Shown: positions 49,739 to 62,808, numbered from the stretch's first letter. The stretch is 64,000 bases of DNA from Lepidodermella squamata (GCA_047495785.1 JBLDXI010000033.1:1426001-1490000); one strand, 5' to 3'. Notes: generated by a model from the letters alone, not told the origin. A program made the numbers and translations.

Positions 49739-51006
49739 ATGTCAGCTATCTCGTGCCTTGTCTTGGCAACCGTGGCCATCGGTGAGTGATCGACCCCCTA
49801 ATATAGCTATTCCGTAATGATTTTTCTGCTGCACAGGTGCCATGGCGCAGGATTTCAACGGCTACGTCCGTGTTCCCGGCAACTGCCCGGGCAGCAAGCT
49901 TGCTGAATACCCGAACCTGCCTTATGAAGAGTGCGCCAAGCTGTGCTCGGAAAACGAACAGTGCCTCGGCTTCACCATCCCCGTTTCTAAATCTGCAACT
50001 GGTCTCTGCATCCTCAAGTCGTCGGAATGCACCAAGCCAGAACCCAGCTCCGAATTCGCGTTCCACAGCAAGAAGCAGGCTCTGTTCGGCGCCGCCTTCG
50101 TCGATGACGTCGTGCCATGGTACCCGCCTGCTCCGTACCCAGTCCCAGGCCCGGCTGCCTATGCTGGCTACTACTACGGTGGCATTGCTGGCTTCACCCG
50201 CGCCAACGGCAACTGCCAAGGAAACTTCCTCAGCGGTGTCCTTGCCCTGCCCATCGACCAGTGCGCTGCTCAATGCCTCGCGACTGCTGGCTGTGCCGGT
50301 TTCTCGTTCAACTTCCACGCTGCCTATCCTCAGTGCATCCTGAAGGCCGCGTCTTGCGCCTACCCTGATCCTGGTGCCGTCTTCACCTACTTCGCTCGCG
50401 CTGCTCCGGCTCCCCCAGTCTACCCGGCTCCGGCTCCGGCTCCTTACTACCCTCCCTACTACCCGGACGTCTACGTCCCTGACTACCCTGCCTACCCGAT
50501 CTACACTCCATGGGTTAAGTGTAAGTGAAAAATTTCTGGTCTTAGAGAATTCCAGCTTAAAATGATTTCTTGATTTAACAGCTGCTCGCAAGTTTTTCAC
50601 CTACTCGAACGAGCTGTGCTCAGGCGCCATCAAGAAGTCCGTTGACCTCGACATTGAGAAGTGCGCCGATGCGTGCCTCGCCGATCACGAGTGCCACGGA
50701 TTCTCGTTCGACAACCACGCTGCCTCAGCTCCGTTCACCTGCATCCTGCGCGCTGAGCCGTGCCAGAAGCGCGAGAACAGCACCCGGTGGTCGTACTTCG
50801 AGCGCCAGTCTGGTGAAAAGTTCGACCTCGACGTCAAGTACCTGGAGGAACTCGAAGCCGGCAGGCAGCAGAAGCTGGCCGCTGAGCAGGCCGCCGCCAA
50901 CCAGAAGCCAACCTCCTTCTTCGACCTGCAGCGGTTCTTCGGCCAGCGCGCCAACGGCCAGGCCCACCACCAGGCTGGTCCCCAGGACGAAATCAAGCGT
51001 CTGTAA
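49739..51006 (+). CDS. Secreted protein B with three PAN/apple-like domains and Pro/Tyr-rich linkers; join(49739..49781,49837..50520,50582..51006)
   Basis: Signal MSAISCLVLATVAIGAMA; GNCPG, GNCQG and LCSG modules homologous to gene A; phase-1 introns. Confidence 0.85.
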
Positions 51007-52750
51007 ATGCGACGCCGCCTCTCTGCTCTACTATCATCATCAAGTATTAAATCGACTCGCGAACGAACACTTCGTAGCATTTATATCATCTATCTTCGCA
51101 ATTTTCTCGTTGTTGGGAACAATTTCTTCACTTGAAAAAATTCAATCATAAACGTGCCTCTTAATCATCATTAATCATCATCATCTGTTTTGTGATTTGC
51201 AATCACTTGAGTTCAAGCTTTTTCATCTATGTCTCGCAAGCAATTTAGTTCAAATCGACACAAAACCTAGATATTTCAATCTTATTTTTGTTTCTGATGC
51301 TGTATCACAGATCTGTTGTTGCATACTTTATTCTATTGGAAAAAATAAACCCACGGAAAAGTCTGTAATTGGTATTTTGTTTCCCCCGCACATTCCTTAA
51401 CGGCGGCAGCAGCAGTAGCAGCGACTACCGACTTAGCGGATCTAGCCCACTCGAAATTAAATCCGTTTACACAGCGGAGGAAACGTGCGTGACGTAGATG
51501 CAGCCACGTGGGCGGTGCGCATCGTTTTTTGCCGGTATTGTCAAGTTTGCGTCCGAAGATAATCCCGTAAATGACAAGTGGCGTAACCATAGCCAAAAGT
51601 AGCCGTTGTAACGGATACAAAGAACCGGTAATTATATGTACCGCTGGAAAAAAAACTCAAGTGGGTCCGTTGAAAGCTAACATCAGGCGAGGTCAGTCGG
51701 ATGCGGAAAAAACGGCAATAACAAAGCCCTCTACGGCGCGACACGTGCCGGCATGTCAGTCATGCCCTGGAAACACCTTGCACGTCAACGCTGCCGGTCG
51801 GTTGCACGCGGCGGCGTGTTTTCGAGCCGTTGGTGCGGAAGTCGGCTCGGCTCTCTTAGCCAAGTATCTCATTTCAGGGCTGGACGGGGCACGTCCGTCA
51901 AGCAGCGCACGGCGGATGTATCCAATGAAAGGCACGGATTTGTTGACCCTTCTTATTTGGTGTTATTGTCCGAAGGTACAAATCCATCAAAGATACACGG
52001 CCGGCTGTTTACACGAGCCGGCGTTTACCTAGCGCGGCTGCCGGCTTTTTCGACGACTGTCACTCTTAGTTACGCCCGCGCGAACGTCAGACAAATTACT
52101 ACCTCGCAGATAGGCGTGTAGTGATGAAGGGCAGGATGTCAAAGAAAAACTGTCGTTCATACAGTGTGTGGTGGCGGCGCACGAGTAGGCTGACAAGTGG
52201 GCGAAAACGCGAACCGGTGATATGCCTGCAATAGTTCACCAGCTGCTTTTTCCGCGATCGAGCAGCCGGCGGCGCCACCGCAGCAGTGGTGTACTCGACA
52301 ATTGAATCGTCATCCATTAGTGCCTCCCGACTTCACAATAATAAGGCGGCTGGTTATATGTTATTAAAGCGCGCGCGTGAGATATTTTTTTGCCCGCGCG
52401 ACACACAAATCATCGCATGTGCGCGCTTCTATTTCCGCCCCAACAAACAGGTAGTTATCAAATCGCGCCTCCCCCTCAGCTCCTTTTAAAGCTTTCTATT
52501 ATTCTATCAACGCTCCTTTTGATTGTACCCTTGTTTTTCTCAGATGCTCACTCATAACCGGCAAAACGGTTTTGAGGATTTACAAGATGACTCAGCTCAG
52601 TTTTCATACTTTTTACTCTCTCAACTCGTCTCCTTAAGCCGCTTTTTCACTACATATATATCGACAGCACCTAATTCGGTCATCTCATTTTCTATAATTT
52701 CTCTTTTCTTATTTTCTGTTATTATTTAGTGTCCTTTGCGGCTGAAGAAC

Positions 52751-55121
52751 ATGAATTTCCAGATCGCTTGCCTACTTTTAGGCATCGAAGTCGCCTTTGC
52801 CGAAGGTTATCTCTTAACTCAAATCGATTTTATTATCATTTCTTAATTGTTGTCATGTGATTAGTTTTCAATTACGGCGCTGGAACGGGAGGTTCGGCGC
52901 CAGCTGCCCCTGTCATCCCGGCAGCTCAACCCGCGGCCGGCTCATGGTCGCCTCTTAATGATCTCAATAGTTTGTTCACTACCCAGCTACCAGGTATGGG
53001 TGGCATGGGCCCTGGCAGCAGCTGGACCTACAACCCATCTGCCTGGACCGGCGGCGACCCCTTCGGAACCAACCAAGCGTGGATGCCGACGACCCCGGCG
53101 TGGAACCCGACCGCTCCGCTCACCTGGGCCCCGGTGACTAACCAAGCTACCGGCGACTCTGTTTCGCAATTCACGCGTTACAACGGCAACTGCCAGGGCA
53201 ATTACCTCGGCGCTGTCACCCAGCTGACCCTGGACGCGTGCGCCGCCTCGTGCCTCGGCACCCCGGCGTGCGCTGGCTTCTCGTTCAACCTCCGCTCGAC
53301 TTACCCGCAGTGCATTCTCAAGAACTCGGTCTGCTCGTCGCCCGACCCGGCTGCTCCATTCACGTTTTTCGCCCGCAACGGCTACCAGCCAGCCGCTCCG
53401 GCCTACTACCCTGGTTATCCGACCTACCCAACTTACGTCCCGATCGGCCCGCCAATTGCCATCCAGCCCGCCTACCCGCCAGCTATCCCGCCGCCGCAAT
53501 ACCCGCCAGCGATCCCGCCGCAATATTCTGGTTATCCGTACAACCCATCGGTTTACCCCTACCCATGGGGCCGCCCGTCGCCTTATTGGAAATCGGCCAA
53601 CGTTCGCCAATTCAAGCGATGTGAGTTCATAGGAATATAGCTGAAAAATTAATATTGCCTTATTAATCAACTAATTTTCAAAGGTTCTAACAAAAGATTC
53701 GCCTGATTTAGACGAATATATTGATGAATAGAAAGTAGTAAATTTAGCGATTTTCACTGGGATAATTCATTTTAGCAAATTTTAGGCGGAAGCAGATTAT
53801 TCAAAATTTCAATGATCAAATAATTTTACCAGGAAAAAAAATTAAGTTGTTGCAAATTGGCTGTTTGGTATTCTCACGACTCTCAGTTTTCGCTACCGTA
53901 AAATTGGATCCACCTTTTACCGGAACCAAATTTACGGTGAGCGGAACCAAATTTTGAAATTTTCTATTGGCCTGAAATCACTTTTCCTTCTTACGGGTCA
54001 AGATTAATCATAATAATTAAAAAAAAATCATCAATAAATTCAGCGTAAAATTCTCTATAAGACCGAGTGTTCGATTCAAAACCAATGCGCGCCTAAAATT
54101 CGCGAATTAAAAAAATGACTCTTGGCATATTTCGACGTTGGTTCCTCAAAATGCATCGTATTTGGTTCCGCTAAAGCAAATTATATTTCTCTCATCGTAA
54201 ATTTCTCTCCGCTAGCATAAAATTCCAGTATTTGGTACATTTTAAGATCATTTATATCTAAAATTTATATAGAAATTTTAGCTAGATACAGGGAGAAGAA
54301 ATAACCAGTTTTGGGACATTTATCCCATTTTTCTGGGTCATTTCTCTATTTTTCTGAATTTTCTGTAATTTTTCCAATTTTTTTCGATTTTTCTCGCCTA
54401 GCTGGAGCTCCGTTCTATGAAATGCCGGCCAACTGCTCTGGGCCGATCATGCGCGGTCCATACGGCGCTCATGTTGAAAAGTGCGCCGAAGACTGCAGCG
54501 CCCTGAAGGACTGCACCGGTTTCTCGTACGACAACGCCGCCGAGGCGTGCGTTCTTCACACCGGCGTTTGCCAGAGCATGTCGCGCAGCACGCAGTGGAC
54601 GTACTTCGCGCGCGGCGATCGCATGCCGAACGCCGAAACTGAAGCCGCCACTCGTGCCATTGAAACCGAGCCGGTGGCGCCACTCAAGCCGCAGCAGCAC
54701 CAGCCGCAGCCGCAGCAGCAGCAGCAGCAACGCCAGCAGAATACCGAATACGTCTCGTACAATCTTAGCCCCATGGACAGTAAGTCCACCCCCCTTGCGT
54801 AAACACACTTGACGCCATTATCCGCAATGTGACATTTTTACAGTGCTCAACCGCTTCGAGCAAGTCAATGGCAACTGCCCGGGCAACGCGCTCGGCGATA
54901 CGATGAACATCGGCCTCGATGAATGCGCCCGTCTTTGCCTCGAGAACACCGCCTGCTTCGGCTTCTCGTTCAACATGCGCGTCAACCGCCCAGAGGAATT
55001 CCAGTGCATGCTGAAGCGCAGCGGCTGCTACCGCCCGAGCGAGTCCTCGCCTTACCGCTTCTTCAGGCGGCGCATGTTGAACCAACAACAACAGCAGCAG
55101 GCGGGTCGTCTTCGCGCGTAG
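52751..55121 (+). CDS. Secreted protein C with three PAN/apple-like domains and W/P/Y/Q-rich linkers; join(52751..52805,52865..53620,54402..54779,54844..55121)
   Basis: Signal MNFQIACLLLGIEVAFA; domains are colinear with domains 3-5 of gene A; phase-1 introns. Confidence 0.85.
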
Positions 55122-55650
55122 ATTTCAAATTGAAAAAAAATCGAAATCAGAAATATGTGCCGTCGTATTAGTGTGCCCCCTGAATTATAACGATTTTTTA
55201 CCTTTTCTACCCGCGCGCATGAAACGTCAGGGTTGTCAGCCTGAAAAGAGCAACCCTTGATAACAAGCCTGTGAAAGTCCAACTATATGAAAAAAATGAG
55301 AATTGTTCAACATGGCCGATAGCAGAACATGGCTCACATTTTTTTTTACGCCGAAATCTAATTCGAAAAAAATTGCTTATTTTGTTCCAAAAAATATTAA
55401 TTATTACTAGTATTTATTTTTCACACATCGCGATCGATGCGAAAACATATTATAGCGTATATAACAATCACCAAACATTTACGGGTTGTGTCTTCGAAGA
55501 AATCAAACGATTCTATGAAATGCATTTATTTTAATCAAAGAATAAAAGCTGATCTTGAAACCGAAATAGCCGCGCCTTTTTTGTTATAGATAAGAAATGC
55601 ATGAGAGGGGTGAAGCAATTTATCTCACCACTCTGCAATAATAATTAACA

Positions 55651-56326
55651 ATGGAGAGGTTAGGACTCATCCTTATTTTGCTTGTTGTAGCTTTTCAAGA
55701 TGCATATTCCCAACATTCCATGTGCGTAAATTACAAAAATGGGACATGTTACTGTCAAACAGCTGCCGATCCAACTCAAGCCATCGATTTACGGCCGTTG
55801 GTTAACTTGACCCGGGGAAACCCGATCGTCGGCCACCTTGATGATCAGGACAAAACACCGTATCACCTGTCGTTTTGCATCCCGATTACGAACAGAACTA
55901 GCCTGCCTACTTGTAACAACGTCGCCTCAGTTTGCCGGCAAAATTTTATGGATGAGGACTTGGGTCGGCCTCAGTACACGCATTTTGAGATGAGAGTACC
56001 ACGTGACCAGAATTACACTGTCCCAACAATGCTTGTCGACAACCCCTTCGACGGCAGGACGTAATTGCTTGAACACGAAATTGAGTGGATTTATATTTTT
56101 CTTTAATTTTTTAAGGCGGTCTTTCGTATTTTTATTCTGCAATCAATCAATGCCTGAACTTTACTTCAAACCGCTGCCTTATTGGGGCGAGCAGGACTAC
56201 GATGGATTCTACATTTACGTAAGCTATTTCTTTAAATGTTACTCATCAACCTGAACCTTTATCCAGCCGATGGAGCTACATGGAGCTGCAGTTTGCCCAG
56301 TAAAAATTCGACGCAATGGTCATTGA
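55651..56326 (+). CDS. Secreted MRH (mannose-6-phosphate receptor homology)-like protein without TM; join(55651..56060,56116..56218,56267..56326)
   Basis: Signal peptide, then IDLRPL, YHLSFC, C..ASVC, DLG, RSFVFLFC and LHGAAVCP, an MRH-like pattern; stop follows the last Cys closely. Confidence 0.65.
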
Positions 56327-56499
56327 AGATCGAAACAACTTTCTTATCTTCAGCGTCCTTTTCTTGGAGCAAAGATAATAAGGCACATATAAATTTGATA
56401 TCTTCAAGCTTGTGTTTACTGATAAGAGGGACATATTACAAGGAATAAAGCGAAAATAAACTAGAATTTTAGCCCGCCATCTCTCTCGTAAACATAAAA

Positions 56500-57520
56500 A
56501 TGCTGTTCAGAATATGGGTCCTAATACTACTGACCATCTTCATCGCTGGGCATAGCCAAGCGGATCCAGGGGTTTCGATGTGTACCGATGATTTCTACGT
56601 CGGGACTTGCGTTTGCATCCTTAAAGATGACCCGACGAAAAAAATTGATTTGACATCTTTGCAAAAGCGCGATAAGCCGTAGGTTGCAGATACGATTATT
56701 TTTCATTCGACTATGAATTAACTTTACAGGATTGTTGGTTACCTAGACTTCGAGCCTGGCGATGACTCGCTGCAGTACGAATTTTACATGATGTTTTGCA
56801 AGCCGATAACAGAAATGGAACAACAACTGCCGCAATGTAATGGCATTGCTTCGGTGGCGCGAAATTTGGATGAGACTTGCGATATTCTTGGAACTCCTGA
56901 TACGACCCACTTCGAGACGAGACTGATCTCTTCAACGAATCCAAATATTGGCTTTACTATGATTACGGAGACTGCGAACAAACTGTAGGCTCCGCTAACC
57001 TTAGTTAGTCCAAATAATTCAATGAAATTTTCCAGACGAACTGTTTCTTATTTGAATTGCGACGCTTCGCTAGCTGAACCTGTCTTGAAACCACGTGCCT
57101 ATAGCTCCAGCGAAGAAGATCATGACGGTTATCATTTATATGTAAGAAATTGTTATTGAAATTTCTTATTTTTTTTATTTTTTGTAATATTTAGGAAATT
57201 GATCTATATGGCGCAGAATTTTGTTTGAAGGACTCTGGTCTTACACCTAAACCTCCGACACAGCCGACATCAGCTACAAAAACAGACGACGAGGAAACAG
57301 AACAACTCGGAGCCATTGAGATCTGCTTGATTTTGTATAGAAAAATCTCGAATTTTTTCGATTAATTTCCTAATTTATTCAATTTTTCAGAATTGCGATC
57401 GCTCTGTTTGGAATTCTTGTGGTATCAGCTTTGAAACTATATCTGAAGTGCCAGGGTCGCCCTATCTTCACAAATGCAATTGAAATGAACAGTCATCAAC
57501 GTTTACAAAATGAAGCTTGA
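56500..57520 (+). CDS. Type I membrane MRH-like protein, paralog of the upstream gene (about 5 exons)
   Basis: Signal peptide, IDLTSL, FYMMFC, RTVSYLNC, LYGAEFC, a P/T stalk, TM (ICLILIAIALFGILVVSAL) and a short tail ending NEA*. Confidence 0.7.
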
Positions 57521-57818
57521 ATCATTATTTATCTGGGTGAAATAAAGCGAAAATTGAACTATTGCGTCATTACCTTGCAAAATCCACCTTATCTTATCAA
57601 ATTTTCTTCGAACAGATAAGAAAAGCTGTGATACGAGTGATGTTTTGTCGTGCAGGCATGACTAGCGTGAAATTTGAATAAAAAAATGTGTTAACGCACT
57701 CTCATCAGCATGAATGAATACTCTTTCAAACATGAACGTTCGTAATGAATCATATTCACTACATTTATAAAGCATCCATAAACAGTGCTTTTATCAGCAT
57801 TTCATCAGAAAGCCAACA

Positions 57819-58661
57819 ATGGAACTCGAACTTCAAAAACTGTTGAGCTCGTTCTTGCAATCCGACGGTAAAGCGGCTGTGAAGAAGGAACGCAAGAGGC
57901 CGTATGCTGGGCCGAAAATCGAAGATTCTGATTCTGAAACTTGTGAGCCAGATTTTACCAGCCCAATCCATGGCCTAGATTCTCGCCAGAACTCTCATGC
58001 TCATCAACAACAAAGAAGTCATGACCCATTTCCTACCTTCATGCCGAGTGCTATCAAGGGCAAAGCAATAAAAATGACATCGAAGCCGAGGACAACTGGA
58101 CCTATGCCGACGATTTTCTTCGGAATTTTGACTAAAGGCTTTGCACTGCCAAGCTGGCTGGCAGATTCTGCCGAAATCGGCCGGTTATTCGAGTTTGATA
58201 TTAACGATTCAATTTTAGTCAGATCTTTAGTCCTTTTACCCGACCTGGAAAACAGCAATGCTCTCGACTTCAAAGACGCCTCAAGACAAATCAGCGAGCT
58301 ACTTTCAGATTCTGCCTTCATCGAAATGATTCGTGATTTTGGACGATTAAGAATTGTTCGGCTCGGCGATGCAGGCCATTGGTTTTGCTTTAACGTCATC
58401 CAAGTTATTTTACAGCAAATTACGAGAGAGCAAACTATGGAACCAGAGGAGTTGGCAAATCGATTTGAAATGGCCGAGTCTCAAAAATCACAATGGCCTG
58501 TTTCTGTTCAGTTTATAACCTCTGGCGAGAGTAAGGACGGCGATTGGTTTCAATTTTGCAAAATGATCAGCGGCACTGAGCTGGTACGCAGTGTTGAATT
58601 TTTCAAGCCTAATGATTACAGCCCGTTTGGATCTTTCCGGAAATTTGATTTACGAACTTAG
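57819..58661 (+). CDS. Intronless hypothetical protein (280 aa)
   Basis: Long open ORF with ATG and downstream AATAAA; decayed copies occur at about 36 kb and 40.2 kb. Family not recognised. Confidence 0.65.
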   Translation: MELELQKLLSSFLQSDGKAAVKKERKRPYAGPKIEDSDSETCEPDFTSPIHGLDSRQNSHAHQQQRSHDPFPTFMPSAIKGKAIKMTSKPRTTGPMPTIFFGILTKGFALPSWLADSAEIGRLFEFDINDSILVRSLVLLPDLENSNALDFKDASRQISELLSDSAFIEMIRDFGRLRIVRLGDAGHWFCFNVIQVILQQITREQTMEPEELANRFEMAESQKSQWPVSVQFITSGESKDGDWFQFCKMISGTELVRSVEFFKPNDYSPFGSFRKFDLRT

Positions 58662-59806
58662 TAATTCATATGCTTTATTGCTGAACCATTTAAATTGTTA
58701 TTATTCATGTGAAAAAAAATAAAATAAAAATATCGGCATTAACATTGTGGGGGCGAAGTGATAAAAGCTAAGGAAAAGCCCTAGAGAGCGAGGTTCGATT
58801 CTCGGCGAAATAAAATCGAGCTGGATGAGCATCATCTAACATTCCTTCATTTTCGGGTCAACATTAATCCCGCTCTGTGATTGAAGGGGTGGAATGCCTG
58901 CAAACACCTTGCCTTAGTTCCAGCACGCAAACTCGGTATGAGTTCCAGTTAACGCTCAGGGCTTAGAAAGGAATTAGAGGAATATCCCGAGGGGAATTCG
59001 CAATCAATTATAACTAAATAGATGCAATTTTACATCATGTAGGCTCCAAATGTTTTCGACCTATTCTAATATTCCAAGTGGTCCCAAATTGTGATTTTTT
59101 TAATTCTATTATAGTAAATTAACCTATACCGATTTTCTGTAAGGAAGATCAATGAGGAAGTGAAGAGCACGGTTTCCTTAACGAGATCAGAGCGCATTGT
59201 CTAGGACTATATAATAGGATATTATTTTCCTTTTTTACGCAAGACTTAATGTACGCTCCAGATAGTTTTTGCATACCTGGAAACCAACACGATAATTGCA
59301 TGGTTCTACTGTCTATCCTTTGCACCATAGCCATTCGGCATTAAAAGCGAGTTCATTTGTAGCATGAAGTACACATGCTGTATTTTATTCGTAAATAATT
59401 GGATTCCTTATATAATTTATATTGCGTCGTATGTCGGCGGCCTAATATTTGTTGAAGGCTCCGGATGACTAAATTTTCTTCGAATTTATATCGCCTACAG
59501 GCAGATAAATAATAACCGCATCTCTTTCACTGTATATACCAATCTATGATATCAACACAACCGGCAATTTATCGAGTGAAAGAATAGTTTTTAATTATTG
59601 ATTGAAGGTCCGTAGAGCACCGCAACCTGGGCCTCTAAATGCACAGATTATCCCAACTACTGACTACTCAAGTGTCACTTTCGAGACATTAAAAGTGCGC
59701 AATAATCGATCGGTATGCATTTTCTCGGTATTATAGAGGCACATAAACAAGTTTATAAAATCGCCCCAGTTCTCCCAACTATTTTAGCTAGTTAAATGAT
59801 TGATTA

Positions 59807-60292
59807 ATGCTTGCGAAATGGATGATGGCAATTATTACTGTAATTACAACATTGGTCGAATCGAGTGGAGGTATCTTATGCTATCAAACAATCGGTGACA
59901 AAACGCTGACTCAGCAGTGGGTTGAAAGCGACGGGTGTCTAGAGTGCAGCGTGATTCGCGTCTACCGCATCCCGCCCGCCCTCGTCGGGCACATCAACAA
60001 GTCCAACCTCAATCAGAGTCTACACCTGCTGTATCCGAAAGCGCCTATTTTCAGCTGCTTCACATCGCTGGACTCGGATTTGACTTGCAAGTCGCGATGC
60101 TGGCTAGTTAAACATCATTTACCCAAGGACGAAAAAATTGTCGAATGTCGGTGCTGTAGACAAGCTTTGTGTAATTACTACATCGAAAAGCGGCTAAGGA
60201 ACAGCTCAGACTTGACCTCACTCAATGTCCTCAACGCGTTGATTTTCTTAATATTTTCTATAAATTCAGAAAACATATTTTTACCTATTTGA
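59807..60292 (+). CDS. Ly6/uPAR three-finger-like GPI-anchored protein (quiver/Lynx-like architecture)
   Basis: Signal peptide, ILCYQ start, several Cys, terminal CCRQALCN, then small residues (NSS) and a hydrophobic C-terminal tail. Confidence 0.7.
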   Translation: MLAKWMMAIITVITTLVESSGGILCYQTIGDKTLTQQWVESDGCLECSVIRVYRIPPALVGHINKSNLNQSLHLLYPKAPIFSCFTSLDSDLTCKSRCWLVKHHLPKDEKIVECRCCRQALCNYYIEKRLRNSSDLTSLNVLNALIFLIFSINSENIFLPI

Positions 60293-60498
60293 AATAAAAT
60301 TTCTGATTAATCAAGGGGCGTTTTGTTATTGGATTTTATGACCTTGGTGAATCATTATTTTCTTGTTTTTCCCCTTATGAGTACGTCATTGCAAAAGATA
60401 GTGCAAGATGTGGGCGCGTAGTGGCGTGACACAGAAAAAAACAATTATATAAAGCCACCTTAATATTTTGATTTCATTATTTTGTCCATAAAATAAGA

Positions 60499-60817
60499 AT
60501 GAGCTTAGCCATGAAAGTTTTGACAGCTCAGTTGGTTTTCGGATTTTTCATGTTTCTGGCGCTCTCTTTGGTGGTTTCACTCAGACTTCCCATCATGACA
60601 CTTCTGATCGCAGCAGCCAGATCATGGTTAACTTCGCTGTTTCTTACTAGGTAAATTTCATTTAAAATTCGATTAATTGTTCTATTAATTTTTTTATTTC
60701 AGTTTCGCCGCATTTCTAGTCTTCAAATCTATTTTTGATTATTGGCAAGCGGTGAAAAACGGAGGTAGCTTGGCTCCAATTGGCCGATTTCCACTTGTTC
60801 AGCGGCCGACTAATTAA
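60499..60817 (+). CDS. Small hydrophobic membrane protein (about 88 aa), absent from the ORF track; join(60499..60650,60703..60817)
   Basis: TATAAA near 60448, ATG, a GTAAAT..TTTCAG intron that keeps the frame, hydrophobic product and AATAAA near 60873. Confidence 0.55.
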
Positions 60818-61086
60818 CCGTTATAAAATATAAAATGATTATATACCATGATATCTCAATTTTTACGAATGAAATAAAACAAAAATTAATTTTTATTGAA
60901 ATTTTAAATGATAATGCAAACTGTGGCTATAAACCATATGAATATTGCCCATTGTATCATCAACATTTCCGCAGCTCCCATGTGTAATCGTTGTACTCGG
61001 AACAATCGATTAATTTCACCGAGTTCGCACCTGATTAGTTCAAATATCCTAATATATCGGCCAGTTTGAGGGCAATTTTTTCCGTG

Positions 61087-62808
61087 ATGCAATATTATTT
61101 GTGTGTTGGACTAATTATTTTTTGTACTTCTTTCATCTTCTCAGTTAAATGTGCTATAGTTCGCCCGATACCGCTGTCTGGCGAGGAATACGTAGTCTCC
61201 GACCCAAGTCATCCGAAATGTCGCAACGCTACCGATGAAGAACTGCTTTCGGCTCATCTTTTCAGCAACTATGACACTATGGCGGGTATGAAATTCACGG
61301 AAAAAATAAGCAATTAAGATTAATTAACTGGAAATCAGGGCCAAAACTCAACGGCATTGATCCTATCAACATTCAAATCGGGTTTATGATAACTTCTATT
61401 CAAGAGATGGATGAAGTCAGCCAAATACTTCACCTTCTAGTATGGTTATCTGTGGTATAATAAAATTTAAACAATTAATTATGAAAATATTAAATTTAAA
61501 TTAAATTAGGTATGGCGCGATGAAAGACTCGAATGGGACTTGAGGCAATTTTCCGGCATCAAGACTTTAACAGTCCGTACCTCGCAAATTTGGCTAGCGG
61601 ATTTGGTGCAATACAACTCAGCCGAAGAAATGAACTCGAATTTTTTGAATACCGCAAATGCTGTTATTAGTAATCAAGGTGTCGTGCGAATCATGACCCA
61701 ATTACACCTATTCGTCGCCTGTCACATGGATCTCACGATTTTCCCATTCGACGACGCGAAATGCCACGTAAAATTCGGCTCTTGGACTTACGATATGGAT
61801 AGCTTGATACTTCACAACGATTCATCGCAAGCTGATATGACTAAATATTCGGGCAACGCGAATTGGGTCATAGACAGCACTAGTTTCTTCCAAATTCAAG
61901 AGCGAGTAAGACCGGTCGTGAAGCATTCCCATACCCCGGCATTTGTCATACCCTCTGGATATCCACCAACATTCGTCCCTAGAACTGTCACCCGGCCATT
62001 CGCTGACGTCGAGCTTGTGCTAAGATTGACGCGAAAATCTTACTCATCCTACATTTTCTACATCTTCATACCATGTTTGACTGTTGAATTTGTTTCATTG
62101 CTTTGCTTCTGGCTGGATCCGAGGGATAACGAAAAAGTCACACTAGGTATTGGCCTTATCTTGACCTACGTCGTTTTTCTGCTTGTTGTCAATCAAAAAT
62201 TACCTCGCTCTGCTACGGAAATTGTCCCTCTTATAAGTATTTATCTTGCTTTAACTATGTCTCTAACCGCTATCATGGTTTTCACCCAAATCTTCCTATT
62301 AAATTGGTACCTCCGCCCCGTTCATTTAGGCCCAGTTCCGAACTGGTTGCGTAAGGTTTGTCTCGAGTGGCTCGGGTGTTTAGTTAAGGTTTGCAGTAGT
62401 GAGTCCTATCGATTGATCGATGAAAGCAAAATCGAGAGTACAAAAGCTCCATCGTCTATTAAAACAGCTAAATTGACATCATCACCTGCCTTCAACTCAT
62501 CAATGTCGATGGATTCGTTTTTCAGTCGTAACAAAAACGAGGGTCTAGATGGCAATTTACAACGGCTGAAGGTTATTGAGACGAAAGTTGAGAATACGGT
62601 CAAGTATTTTACGTCGGACCGGTCTGAACGATGGACGCGTGAACGGTATCGGCAGGACTGGTTTCGCGTCGCCTTCATAATTGACCGCGTGTTGTTCTAC
62701 CTGTTTTTCATCATCACGTCCGTCATCAATGTTATCACGCTATTTTGGATTCCAATGTCGCATTACGTCCACGCATCTGACGGCGATAGTGATGCGACCA
62801 ATGACTGA
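61087..62808 (+). CDS. Cys-loop ligand-gated ion channel, nAChR-like non-alpha subunit; join(61087..61285,61339..61454,61510..62808)
   Basis: Signal peptide, WRDERLEW, IWLADLVQYNS, Cys-loop CHMDLTIFPFDDAKC, FGSWTYD, M1-M4 with EKVTLGI and DWFRVAFIIDR; no vicinal CC. Confidence 0.93.

Noticed and set aside
58746-58860. tRNA gene or tRNA-derived SINE head (B-box-like GGTTCGATTC)
   Set aside because: No convincing cloverleaf or A-box; at most a decayed SINE.
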